Part shown: positions 9,846 through 19,282 of the stretch, piece after piece
Position numbering within the stretch: the stretch's first letter is position 1
Layout: the number at the start of each line of letters is the position of its first letter
Source of the DNA: a bacterium
GTDB lineage: Bacteria > Patescibacteriota > Patescibacteriia > Patescibacteriales > JAKAJF01
Reading direction: 5' to 3'
DNA: 64,000 nucleotides
NCBI GenBank assembly: GCA_021788015.1
Contig: JAJYLD010000006.1
Span: 1,744 to 65,743 of the forward strand
The notes under the pieces: model-generated
The model's input: the letters and a program-made list of their open reading frames with translations, nothing else
Database searches by the model: none
What the model was told of the DNA's origin: nothing
Position numbers and translations under genes: made by a program

Positions 9846-10223
9846 TTATTGCAACCCCAAGACATTCTTAATTTTTTCGACCACTTCCGAGGGCATAAAA
9901 TGGGCTTTGATCAAATAATCCGAAACGCCCAAGCTCATGGCCTTGTCAATCTCGTCTTTTTGACTGAGATTGGTTAAAAGAATTACGGGAAGTTTGCTCG
10001 TTTTGGGGTTGTTTCTTATTTTTTCCAAAACTTCGAATCCGGTCATTTTGGGAAGCATAATGTCCAAGAGGACGATATCGGGAATTTCTTTTTCGATCAT
10101 CTGCATTCCCTTTTCTCCGTCATCGGCCACGTTGACTTTAAAATTTTCCATTTCGAACTTGGCCGCGTACATGTTTAATAAAAACGGATCGTCTTCGACC
10201 AATAAAATTTTTACTTTTGCCAT
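9846..10223 (-). CDS. Stand-alone response regulator receiver domain (CheY-like) inside the pilus operon
   Basis: 125 aa. ILLVEDD, phospho-acceptor context DIVLLDIMLP, KLPVILLT. Confidence 0.85.
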   Translation of the reverse strand: MAKVKILLVEDDPFLLNMYAAKFEMENFKVNVADDGEKGMQMIEKEIPDIVLLDIMLPKMTGFEVLEKIRNNPKTSKLPVILLTNLSQKDEIDKAMSLGVSDYLIKAHFMPSEVVEKIKNVLGLQ

Positions 10224-10305
10224 ATGTTTTGAAATTTGTCGCCGAATGCGATTTTGTCACGAGATTTTAAATTTGCGGTAGAAATGGCATTCGGGGACAA
10301 ATTCT

Positions 10306-12045
10306 CTAATCGGACATTACTCTTAAAATTTCTTCATAGGTAGTCATGCCCAATAATACTTTAATTATGCCGTCTTGTTTTATTGTTAAAAAATTTTGAT
10401 TTTCCAAAATGTCGTTTAATTTGATGTTTTTCCTTTCCACAATCATGTCCTTTAATTTATCATTGACATCGACCACTTCGGCGACGCAGATTCTTCCGGA
10501 GTAACCGAGGTTGGCGCAATGGGAGCAACCCGCTCCTTTGTAAAATTTGATTTTCTCGAAATCAAAATCCGGTATTACAGCTTTGATTGTTTTTTCGGGA
10601 ATTTCTTTTATCTCCGTTCGAATGGATTCCTTCATTTCTTCGGGCAAGACGATTTCCTTTTTGCAGTGCTCGCAAATTTTTCGCACCAACCTTTGGGCGA
10701 TAACGGTGTTCAGGGTGGAGGCCAGCAAAAACGGTTCTACTTTCATATCGATAAGGCGCGGAATGGCTCCGATGGCGTCATTGGTGTGAAGAGTGGAAAG
10801 AACGAAATGGCCGGTTAAGCCGGAATGCACGGCCAATTCCGCGGTTTCGTCGTCGCGTATTTCACCGACCATAATCACGTTCGGATCCTGACGTAAAAGC
10901 GATCTTAACCCGGAAGCGAAATTAAATCCTATTTCGGGCCTAATCTGCGATTGATTCACGCCTTGGACAAAATATTCGACCGGATCTTCCAGGGTGGAAA
11001 TATTCACTCCTTCCTTGTTCAATTGATTAATGATTGAAAACAAAGTCGTCGATTTTCCCGAACCGGTCGGTCCGGTGACCAAAAGCATGCCTTCCGTTTT
11101 TTGGATATTTTCTTGAATGATCGCCAAACTCGGCCCCAAAAAACCCAACTCTTCCAATCCCGGCGCTCCTCTTGAAACGTCCAAAATTCTCATCACCACT
11201 TTCTCTTCGCCCACCAAAGGAATGATGGAAACGCGAAAATCGATATTACGACCGCTTATAGTCAGCCTTAACCTTCCGTCTTGGGGCAGTCTGGTTTCGT
11301 CCAATTTCAAATTGGCCATGACTTTTATTCTGGACACGATCGCGCTATGGATATCCTTGGGCAAAACCAGCGAAGTCTGCAAAATTCCGTCGATGCGGTA
11401 ACGAACGCGCGTTTCTTTCTGCAAAGGTTCAATATGAATATCGCTGGCGTGACCGTCGACGGCATGCCTGATTATGACATTGACTATTTTCGCGACCGGT
11501 GCGCTTTTTATCACCTCATCGCTTCTTTCTTCCTCTTCTTTTTTCGTTTTTCCCAGTTCTTCCGTTTCTTCTTCGGCCCTTCTCTGCAAGGCTGAAGATA
11601 TTTCTTCGGTCAGACTTTTATATTGCTTTAAAGCGGTATAAAAACTGGCTTCGGAAATTAAATAAAAATTGGCGCGCAAATTCTCTTTTTTGGCTAAAAA
11701 ATTTACGGCTTCGGTGGCCTTAAAATTATCCAGGTCGACAATCCCGACATCGATTTTGCGCTGATCTTTAAAAAAACAAATAATTTTGTAATTTTCCGAA
11801 ACCTCGATCGGAATTACGTTCAAAGTCGTTTCGCTTATCTTTTTTTCCGCCAAGTTTTCATAAGGCAAGCCGATAATTTTCGCTTTAAAACCGACAAGCT
11901 CCTCGGGCTCGACCACTTTAAAATCCAACAAAACATTTTCAAGAGCTTTGCCTGCGGCGACCGCCTTGTTTATGTCTTCCGTTCGCTTTTCGTTTACCGA
12001 TTTCGCCTTGATTACCAATTTTAATAACTCGTCTTGTCTGCTCAT
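10306..12045 (-). CDS. pilB: Type IV pilus assembly ATPase PilB (GspE family)
   Basis: 579 aa. Walker A GPTGSGKSTT, tetracysteine motif (CEHC...CSHC), GspE N-terminal domain. Confidence 0.9.
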   Translation of the reverse strand: MSRQDELLKLVIKAKSVNEKRTEDINKAVAAGKALENVLLDFKVVEPEELVGFKAKIIGLPYENLAEKKISETTLNVIPIEVSENYKIICFFKDQRKIDVGIVDLDNFKATEAVNFLAKKENLRANFYLISEASFYTALKQYKSLTEEISSALQRRAEEETEELGKTKKEEEERSDEVIKSAPVAKIVNVIIRHAVDGHASDIHIEPLQKETRVRYRIDGILQTSLVLPKDIHSAIVSRIKVMANLKLDETRLPQDGRLRLTISGRNIDFRVSIIPLVGEEKVVMRILDVSRGAPGLEELGFLGPSLAIIQENIQKTEGMLLVTGPTGSGKSTTLFSIINQLNKEGVNISTLEDPVEYFVQGVNQSQIRPEIGFNFASGLRSLLRQDPNVIMVGEIRDDETAELAVHSGLTGHFVLSTLHTNDAIGAIPRLIDMKVEPFLLASTLNTVIAQRLVRKICEHCKKEIVLPEEMKESIRTEIKEIPEKTIKAVIPDFDFEKIKFYKGAGCSHCANLGYSGRICVAEVVDVNDKLKDMIVERKNIKLNDILENQNFLTIKQDGIIKVLLGMTTYEEILRVMSD

Positions 12046-12364
12046 CCCATTAAAAGGGGATCGCGATCAAAAATTTTGATCCGCAATCAGCATAATTTTA
12101 AAATTTTTAATTTTTTATTCCTGTCCGTCTAATCATCGCGTCTTCTAACAGGACTCATAAATAAAATCCGCCGTCGAATGCGTTTTCCGTGGCGAAATTT
12201 GAAAATTTTGAATCGAAGTTGTCGCCGGAAGAGGATTCGGCTTGAACGAAAAAAATCCGAAGCGACAATTTAACGTAAATAAGCGTGAATCTTTCGGATT
12301 TTGCGGTCGAAATTTTCAAATTGCGTCCGTCCGCGCATGGAAACGGCATCCGACACGACCCCGC

Positions 12365-12643
12365 TCAAGGGGCAAAAGGATTATTTTTTCCGATCTCCCC
12401 GGGTGCGGCTTGCACATTGCCGCTGTTGTCTACCAAAGCTTGAAATTTCGGGTCGTTAAGAAGAGCGGAAAAAACATCTTTATTTTCCGCTTTAACGGGA
12501 TGGGTATTGGGAATCGGAGTATTTTCGAAATTGAAAAGTTTCATTTCGGACACGATAAAATAAAAAATCAACGCGAGTACGACCAAAATCAAAACCACAT
12601 TGAAAAAATTATTTTTTTGAACTTCTTTTTGTTCTAATATCAT
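12365..12643 (-). CDS. Small single-TM pilus-operon protein (PilP-like position)
   Basis: 92 aa with an N-terminal TM helix and a C-terminal GKNNPF motif. Sits between the pilO-like gene and pilB. Confidence 0.4.
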   Translation of the reverse strand: MILEQKEVQKNNFFNVVLILVVLALIFYFIVSEMKLFNFENTPIPNTHPVKAENKDVFSALLNDPKFQALVDNSGNVQAAPGEIGKNNPFAP

Positions 12644-12645
12644 AC

Positions 12646-13269
12646 TTATTTTTGTAAATAATAAGTAACCAAATCTATGGTCGTTTTCTTGGTGGCCGGA
12701 GAAAAATCTATTTTATTCACATCAAGCAGACGCAAATTATTTTCGAGCGCGATCAAGAATTTTTTTAAATTGGCGTAATCCGTGCCGAAAACTTGGAGGG
12801 AAATCCTTATCTTTCCTATTTCGCCGTTACCGGACTGAATCGAATTGATCGTTTCTTCCGCGTTGCCACCGGCTTCTCCGGCTATCTGCGGATTTACATT
12901 TATCGACGTAAGCAAAAGCCCGTTTTTCAGAGCGATATTTTCAAAAAGCGCGGGCAAGTCGTCTTTATTTTTTGAATCGGGCAAAATGGAGTTTATTTTG
13001 TCAATCGTGGCGGAATCGAGACTTTTATAACTTTCTTTGGAAGAATTGAGCTGAAGCAATTCATTCTCCAAGGAAGACAATTCCGTTTTTTCGGAAGCAA
13101 GATCGTTCTTCTGGTTTACGATGTCGTCGTATCTCGGCTGAAGAAAAAGAAAATATCCCAAAACAAAAATTATCAAAACCGCGGCGGCAATCATCCATTT
13201 GAAATTATTTATCAACAATTCCTGAATTCTTTGGTTTGGCGCTTCGCCTTTTTTTATTTTAGTTTCCAT
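12646..13269 (-). CDS. pilO: PilO-like pilus assembly protein
   Basis: 207 aa with TM, coiled coil and a C-terminal alpha/beta domain, in the position after the pilN-like gene. Confidence 0.6.
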   Translation of the reverse strand: METKIKKGEAPNQRIQELLINNFKWMIAAAVLIIFVLGYFLFLQPRYDDIVNQKNDLASEKTELSSLENELLQLNSSKESYKSLDSATIDKINSILPDSKNKDDLPALFENIALKNGLLLTSINVNPQIAGEAGGNAEETINSIQSGNGEIGKIRISLQVFGTDYANLKKFLIALENNLRLLDVNKIDFSPATKKTTIDLVTYYLQK

Positions 13270-13270
13270 T

Positions 13271-14509
13271 TTATTTCTTAAAAATCTCCGGATTAAGAGA
13301 AAATTTTAAATTAAAAATAACCAAGGGGGACGAAGTCGCAGTTGCGTCAAGTTTCGCCTCATCGATATTGACGTCTTTTATTTCCGGATTATTCCTGAAA
13401 ACGGCAATCTGCTTTGAAACATCGTCATAACTTTTAGCCCGCGCTTCCAAATTGTAGTTTCCGCTTATGTCTCCCTTAAAGTCCGCAAAAAAGACATTCG
13501 CCAATGTATTGTCTTCCAAAAATTTAAATAAATTCGTCCAATAATAATGCCCTGACAAAAGATCTTCGATTAATTTCACCTTTTTCTCCAAGCTTGAAAA
13601 TTGCTCCGTATCAGTTTTGGCCTGGGCGATTTTATTGTTCGCTTCGTTAATTTTGTTCTCATAAAGATCGACCTGGGTTTTCACCCCTCTCCCCCAAAAA
13701 TAAAGGCTTGTGTCCGCGATCCCGACCAAAACGCAGGCGGCGAGAGCGTAAGAAGCGATTATGATTAAATTCTTTTTCCAATTAAAATAAGAAACGACTT
13801 CGTCTTTTATTAAATTTGTTTCCAAAACGTTGGAATTGATCAATTTTTTACTTTTTCTTTCCGGTTCGTTTTCTTTTTCCGCTTCTTTTTCTTTTTTCTC
13901 GACATCGTTCTTTTCGACGGCTTTTTCCGTTTTTGCTCCGGTTTCTTTTTTAATTTCCGCCTTTTTCTTTTTGTTTTCTTCTTTTAAAAGTCTTTTACGC
14001 TCTTTCCTTTCTTTGTATTCTCTCCAAAGATCGATTAAACGGTTGAAAAAATTTATTTTATAAGTTTGGTTTTCTTTAATCTTGACGATATCGGCCCGGG
14101 GCGGCGTCGGATTTGTCGGCTTCAAAGACGGGTTCGAAAGGGGTTTCTCCACCTTTTTTAATTCTTCTTTTTCTTCTTTATTTTCCGGCTTCGTTTCTTT
14201 TTTTAAGGATTTGGTCTCCGGTTTTTTATAAAAAAGATTTCTTAAGGCGTCGCCTCCGTTATTTCTTACAACTTCGCTTTTCGGCTTCGCGCCGCCTTTT
14301 TCAAATTCGTCTATCACTTTCAAAACTTCTTCTCGAGAAGCTTTGATTTTAGACTGATCCAAGGGCTTGTCTTTTTTAAACAAAGAAAAGAAACCGCCTT
14401 TATCCGCGCCCGCTTTCTCTGATTTCGGTTTTGACCATTTCATTTCTTTGGTCTTTTTTCCTTTTTCTTCTTTTGATTTTGAATTTGATACGAAATTTAT
14501 GTCCCCCAT
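13271..14509 (-). CDS. pilN: PilN-like pilus assembly protein with a long Lys/Glu-rich N-terminal extension
   Basis: 412 aa with a single TM near residue 250. The C-terminal part is PilN-like and the gene follows pilM. The first ~240 aa are low-complexity K/E-rich. Confidence 0.55.
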   Translation of the reverse strand: MGDINFVSNSKSKEEKGKKTKEMKWSKPKSEKAGADKGGFFSLFKKDKPLDQSKIKASREEVLKVIDEFEKGGAKPKSEVVRNNGGDALRNLFYKKPETKSLKKETKPENKEEKEELKKVEKPLSNPSLKPTNPTPPRADIVKIKENQTYKINFFNRLIDLWREYKERKERKRLLKEENKKKKAEIKKETGAKTEKAVEKNDVEKKEKEAEKENEPERKSKKLINSNVLETNLIKDEVVSYFNWKKNLIIIASYALAACVLVGIADTSLYFWGRGVKTQVDLYENKINEANNKIAQAKTDTEQFSSLEKKVKLIEDLLSGHYYWTNLFKFLEDNTLANVFFADFKGDISGNYNLEARAKSYDDVSKQIAVFRNNPEIKDVNIDEAKLDATATSSPLVIFNLKFSLNPEIFKK

Positions 14510-14525
14510 ATTTTATATTATCTAT

Positions 14526-15569
14526 TTACTCAATTTCTCTAATGGCAAGGCCGATGGCGACCGCCATGCGCGGACCGATCTCGTCCAGGGTCGGTTTCAA
14601 ATCAACCGGATAAGATATTCTCGCCCAAGGATCGCCTATTATGACCTGCTTATCCAAAATTTTTGACAAATAGGCCGGAAGATTGATGAGCATGGCCGAC
14701 CCTCCGGTCAAAATCACCTTGTCCACTTGAAGATTGTCCTTGCTTTGAAACAAATTAAGAGTATATTTAATTTCATTTATGATCGGAGCGATGGTTTCCG
14801 TTATTGTTTTCGGGATCACGCTTTGGTCGTTTTCGGACAAACTTATGCCCAAATCGTATTTGAATTGCTCCGCCCTTTCTATGCCGATATTTAAATTGTT
14901 GCCAATGGCCTTGGTGATTGTCAAACCGCCGATATCCATGCTTCTGGAAATAACCGGGATACCCTTGTTGATAACTAGAATGTCGGTCGTGCTTGCGCCT
15001 ATTTCCACAAGCATAACCGACGATTTGTCGTTGCCCAAAAGAGCTCTTACCAAAGAAAATGTCTCTGTCTCCAGACTCAAAAGATTCATCTGCGCTTCTT
15101 TAAAAATTTCAATGTATTTTTTAACCAAAACCCGCGGAGCACCGGTTAAAAAAACTTTTAGATTTTTATTGTCGGAATCGCCGTTTTCTATTTTCTTCCA
15201 GTCCAAAATCATTTCCTCGAGAGGCAGCGGCACCACTTTTTTCGCTTCCCAATAGACCGCTCCCTGGATATCTTTTTGCGATACGTTAGCTAAATTTAAA
15301 ACAGAAGAAAAAACGGAAAAAGTGGGAAGAGAAGCGACGACGTCTTTTGAAGTCATCCCCGCTTTTTCCCAAATTTCGTTGATCACTCTAACGATTCTTT
15401 TTTTATCCGATTTCCAGTCGTCTTTGACATCAAGAGTTTTGTCTTCGCTAAAACCGTAAGAAAACAGTCGGGCCACGTTTCCCTCCTTTTTAAACTCAAC
15501 CATCTTGATTCCGGAAGATCCGATATCTACGCCCAAATAACTATCGCTCGAAGAAGATAAAAGCGCCAT
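14526..15569 (-). CDS. pilM: Type IV pilus assembly protein PilM (actin-like ATPase)
   Basis: 347 aa. GVDIGSSGIKMVE phosphate-1 motif and DIGGLT motif. First gene of the operon. Confidence 0.85.
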   Translation of the reverse strand: MALLSSSSDSYLGVDIGSSGIKMVEFKKEGNVARLFSYGFSEDKTLDVKDDWKSDKKRIVRVINEIWEKAGMTSKDVVASLPTFSVFSSVLNLANVSQKDIQGAVYWEAKKVVPLPLEEMILDWKKIENGDSDNKNLKVFLTGAPRVLVKKYIEIFKEAQMNLLSLETETFSLVRALLGNDKSSVMLVEIGASTTDILVINKGIPVISRSMDIGGLTITKAIGNNLNIGIERAEQFKYDLGISLSENDQSVIPKTITETIAPIINEIKYTLNLFQSKDNLQVDKVILTGGSAMLINLPAYLSKILDKQVIIGDPWARISYPVDLKPTLDEIGPRMAVAIGLAIREIE

Positions 15570-15781
15570 AATAATCCACTTTATTATATTATAAATCTAT
15601 TATATAATAAAATCAGTCGGATGCAAAGAATGAATAAATTAATTATAACATAAAAAGACTCGATTTCACAAAATACAAACATCGTTAAAAGTCGCTGTCG
15701 TCTAAACGGGGCGAATAAATGTAAAAATAAATTAATTTGGGCGGATATAATTAAAATCGATTATAGTCCGCTTCTAAGGGG

Positions 15782-16996
15782 ATGAATTTTTTTTATCAAT
15801 ATAAAAAAATTATCTTGGCCAGCGGTTTTATAATTATCGTGTTTGTTTTGGGATACATGATGTATTCTTTCTTTTTTAAGCCAAGCATGCAGCCTGTTCC
15901 GCAAACATCGACTTTGACTTCCGCGGTCTCGGGCGGCCTGCCCCTAGCCCAGGAAGGAAAAGGAAACGTTATCGGAACGACAACCGCTTCTTCGGCAAAT
16001 TTAAATACCGGCAACAATCAAGCCGGAAACAATGCCAACCAGATTTCCCAATTGGCAAATACGGAGACCGTCGGTGCCATTCGCAACGGAACGAATTTAC
16101 AATTTTACAATAAAAATGACGGCAAATTTTATACCATCGACAATAACGGCAACATGAAGACGTTATCGGATACGGTTTTCCACGACGTGACCAATGTCAC
16201 TTGGTCTCCGGATAAAACCAGGGCGATTCTGGAATATCCCGACGATTCAAAAATCATTTACGATTTTAACGCCAACAAGCAAATCACTCTTCCTTCGCAT
16301 TGGCAGGATTTCAATTTTTCTCCCGATGGCAACGGAATCGTTTTTAAAAGCATGGGCACCGATCCGAATAATCATTGGCTGGCCGTGACCGACGGAAACG
16401 GAGCCAACGCCCGCCGCATCGAAAACATAGGCAGCAACGGCGACAAGGTTTATCCGCTTTGGTCTCCCAACAATCAAATGGTCGCCATGTACACGGAAGG
16501 AATCGATTTTAACCGCCAAAATGTTTACTTTGTCGGGCTGAACAATGAAAACTTCAAATCTATCGTTGTGGATGGAAGGGGGTTCCAGCCGAAATGGGAC
16601 CCTGACGGCAACCGCCTTCTTTACAGCACTTATTCTACCGATACGGATATGAAACCTAATCTATGGATTGAAACCGCAACCGGTAATAACGCCGGAAGCG
16701 ACCGCCAAGATTTGCAAATCCAGACCTGGGCCAATAAATGCACATTCGGCGACACTAACACTCTTTATTGCGCGGTTCCCCAAAATCTCCCCGAGGGCGC
16801 CGGCATTTTCCCCGAGCTCGCTCAGAATTCGCAGGACCAGCTTTATCAAATAAATCTGCAAACCGGAGCCAAAAAAGAAATCGCCACTCCGGACGGAAGC
16901 TATAACATGTCCGATTTGATCGTATCGGGAGACGGCTCGTATCTCTATTTTACCGACTCCTCTTCCGATAAATTGTATAAAGTGAAAATAAAATAA
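15782..16996 (+). CDS. Membrane-anchored TolB-like beta-propeller (PD40 repeat) protein
   Basis: 404 aa. N-terminal TM helix and repeated W/FSPDG-type blades (WSPDKTR, FSPDGNG, WSPNNQM, WDPDGNR). Confidence 0.6.
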   Translation: MNFFYQYKKIILASGFIIIVFVLGYMMYSFFFKPSMQPVPQTSTLTSAVSGGLPLAQEGKGNVIGTTTASSANLNTGNNQAGNNANQISQLANTETVGAIRNGTNLQFYNKNDGKFYTIDNNGNMKTLSDTVFHDVTNVTWSPDKTRAILEYPDDSKIIYDFNANKQITLPSHWQDFNFSPDGNGIVFKSMGTDPNNHWLAVTDGNGANARRIENIGSNGDKVYPLWSPNNQMVAMYTEGIDFNRQNVYFVGLNNENFKSIVVDGRGFQPKWDPDGNRLLYSTYSTDTDMKPNLWIETATGNNAGSDRQDLQIQTWANKCTFGDTNTLYCAVPQNLPEGAGIFPELAQNSQDQLYQINLQTGAKKEIATPDGSYNMSDLIVSGDGSYLYFTDSSSDKLYKVKIK

Positions 16997-17000
16997 TTTA

Positions 17001-17090
17001 GGTGGTAGGAGGTAGGTAGTAGCTTGTAGCTTTTAATAAACTACAAACTACCAGCTACCAGCTACATCCTACAAGCTAAAGCCTAATCTT
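17001..17090. repeat. Inverted arrays of 7-bp units (..GTA / CTAC..) filling the intergenic region up to the dsbA-like start
   Basis: GGTGGTA GGAGGTA GGTAGTA GCTTGTA GCTTTTA | ATAAA | CTACAAA CTACCAG CTACCAG CTACATC CTACAAG CTAAAGC CTAATCT, then ATG at 17091. Confidence 0.75.
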
Positions 17091-17822
17091 ATGTTCAATT
17101 TTTTAAAACCGCCAAAATTTCCGGCCGTCTTGCTTATTATCGCTTCCTTTGCCACTCTTATTCTCCTTCCGCTTTTCTTTTTCATGTTCAAAATGACCCT
17201 TTCCACTTACGCCACCGGTTCGGGGAACGATAAATATTTTTTCAAAAGATACGATTCCGACCCCTTAATTACGAATGTGCCCGATTTGAAAGACATGCTT
17301 AGCGGTCCGGTCATAAGCAATTCCGATCCGAGTTTCGGCGATGTGAACGCTCCGGTAACCTTGGTCGAGTATTCGGATTTCCAGTGCGGTTTCTGCCAAA
17401 ATCAGGAAAATGTCTTAAAGCAAATTTTAAAAGAATACGGGAACAAAATCAGATTGGTCTGGAAAGATTATCCCGAAGGGAAAATTAATTCTCCTTCTTG
17501 GGAGAAAAGTATCGCCGCGAGATGCGCCGGCGAACAAAATCAATTTTGGCCTTATCACGATTTGCTTTTTAAAGATACGAACGGCGGTTTCAGCACGTCT
17601 CAAGCTATCGCTTTAGCGAAAGAATTAAAATTGGACGATAAAAAATTCAGCGCCTGCCTCGCCGATCCCGGAATAAGAAGCGGAATCCGGGACGATATCA
17701 CCGAAGCGAACGCTTTGCAAATAACCGGCGTGCCTTTTATTTATGTTAATAATCAGGAATTGATGGGTGCAACTTCTCTTGATGATCTAAAAAATGTTAT
17801 TGATAAACAGTTAAACAAATAA
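17091..17822 (+). CDS. DsbA-family thiol:disulfide oxidoreductase, membrane-anchored
   Basis: 243 aa. N-terminal TM helix and thioredoxin-fold active site FQCGFCQ. Confidence 0.8.
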   Translation: MFNFLKPPKFPAVLLIIASFATLILLPLFFFMFKMTLSTYATGSGNDKYFFKRYDSDPLITNVPDLKDMLSGPVISNSDPSFGDVNAPVTLVEYSDFQCGFCQNQENVLKQILKEYGNKIRLVWKDYPEGKINSPSWEKSIAARCAGEQNQFWPYHDLLFKDTNGGFSTSQAIALAKELKLDDKKFSACLADPGIRSGIRDDITEANALQITGVPFIYVNNQELMGATSLDDLKNVIDKQLNK

Positions 17823-17897
17823 CCTACATCCTACATCCTACATTACATCCTACATCCTATGTCCTATGTCCTACGTCATAAATCCAAAATCCTAAAT
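17823..17897. repeat. Tandem heptamer array (CCTACAT and variants), about 10 units
   Basis: CCTACAT x3, TACAT, CCTACAT, CCTATGT x2, CCTACGT, then degenerate units. Runs from the dsbA-like stop to 2 nt before the radA ATG. Confidence 0.8.
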
Positions 17898-17899
17898 AC

Positions 17900-19252
17900 A
17901 TGAAAGTTTCCACGCTTTACGAATGTTCAAATTGCGGCGCCCAGTTCTCCAAATGGAGCGGGCGCTGTTTGGAATGCGGCGCTTGGGGAACTTTAAAATC
18001 GGAAATTGTCGATGAAAAAATCAAATCCAAAAAAGAAATCGCGCAAATTCCGGCCGCGGAAATTATTGAATTGAACAAAATAAAAACGAACGAAATAAAT
18101 TCGGAAAGACTAAAAACGGGAATCGGGGAAATCGATCGGGTTTTGGGCGGAGGCATCGTTCCCGGCTCTTTAGTTCTGCTTTCGGGCGAACCGGGAATTG
18201 GCAAATCGACCATCGTCGCGCAAATCGCCAATGCTGTCGGCAAGGCCGAGTCTCCCGTTTTTTACGCAAGCGGCGAAGAATCGGCCGTCCAGGTTAAAGA
18301 AAGGTTAAGCCGATTGAATTGCGATTTGGAAAAGATAAAATTTTTAAACGAAATCAATGCGGAAAAAATCGCGGCGGCGGCGGAAAAAGCAAGGCCAGTG
18401 TTAATGATCGTTGATTCGATTCAAACCATGTACTCCTCTTTCGCTGAATCGGAACCGGGCAGTTTAAATCAAATTAGAGCGGTAAGCGTAAAATTTCTCG
18501 AAATGGCAAAACAAAATAATATCGCCGTGATCTTAATCGGACACATGACAAAAGACGGCCAACTTGCCGGTCCGAAAGCGCTCGAGCATATCGTCGATAC
18601 CGTTCTTTATCTCGAAGCGGAAAATCTGCACGACTACCGCATTCTGCGCGCGACGAAAAACCGTTTCGGTTCGGTAAATGAAATCGGCATTTTCGAAATG
18701 GCGGGAAACGGATTTCGCGAAGTTAAAAATCCATCGGCCATTTTTCTTGAGCAGGCGGAAGAAAATTTATCCGGCTCGGTAATCAGCTGCGTCATGGAAG
18801 GAACTCGTCCCTTTCTCGTTGAAATCCAAGCGCTCGTTACGAAAACCGTTTTCGGCTATCCGCAAAGAAAAGCGTCGGGGTTCGATTTGAACCGGTTGCA
18901 AGTTTTGGCGGCGGTGATTACAAAAAGAACAAAAGCCAACTTGACGGCGCAGGATATCATTTTAAACGTAGTCGGCGGCATGAGAATAAATGATCCCGCT
19001 CTTGATCTGGCGGTTTGCGCGAGCATCATCTCTTCCCTCTTAAATCAGGCAATCAATCGCAAAACTATTTTCTTGGGCGAAATCGGTTTGGGCGGTGAAG
19101 CAAGAAATATAAGCAAACTCGAGCAAAGACTGGCCGAAGCGGAAAAACTCGGGTTCACTAGTGCCGCTATTCCGAACACTGATGTAAAAACGAAAATAAA
19201 AGTAGAAAAAATAAAAAATTTGGAAAGACTTTTGAATTTGATTTCAAGATAA
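17900..19252 (+). CDS. radA: DNA repair protein RadA/Sms
   Basis: 450 aa. N-terminal zinc finger (CSNCG...CLECG), Walker A GEPGIGKST, KNRFG motif, Lon-like C-terminus. Confidence 0.95.
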   Translation: MKVSTLYECSNCGAQFSKWSGRCLECGAWGTLKSEIVDEKIKSKKEIAQIPAAEIIELNKIKTNEINSERLKTGIGEIDRVLGGGIVPGSLVLLSGEPGIGKSTIVAQIANAVGKAESPVFYASGEESAVQVKERLSRLNCDLEKIKFLNEINAEKIAAAAEKARPVLMIVDSIQTMYSSFAESEPGSLNQIRAVSVKFLEMAKQNNIAVILIGHMTKDGQLAGPKALEHIVDTVLYLEAENLHDYRILRATKNRFGSVNEIGIFEMAGNGFREVKNPSAIFLEQAEENLSGSVISCVMEGTRPFLVEIQALVTKTVFGYPQRKASGFDLNRLQVLAAVITKRTKANLTAQDIILNVVGGMRINDPALDLAVCASIISSLLNQAINRKTIFLGEIGLGGEARNISKLEQRLAEAEKLGFTSAAIPNTDVKTKIKVEKIKNLERLLNLISR

Positions 19253-19258
19253 AAAAAT

Positions 19259-19282
19259 AAGGCGAGCAAAAACTCGCCTTTT
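19259..19282. terminator. Bidirectional hairpin between convergent radA and the 19282..19731 gene
   Basis: AAGGCGAG-CAAAAA-CTCGCCTT flanked by an A-run and a T-run. Confidence 0.6.

Noticed and set aside
12155-12349. 64-aa ORF in the pilus-operon gap
   Set aside because: It has no SD sequence and an implausible composition. The region is better explained by RNA hairpins.
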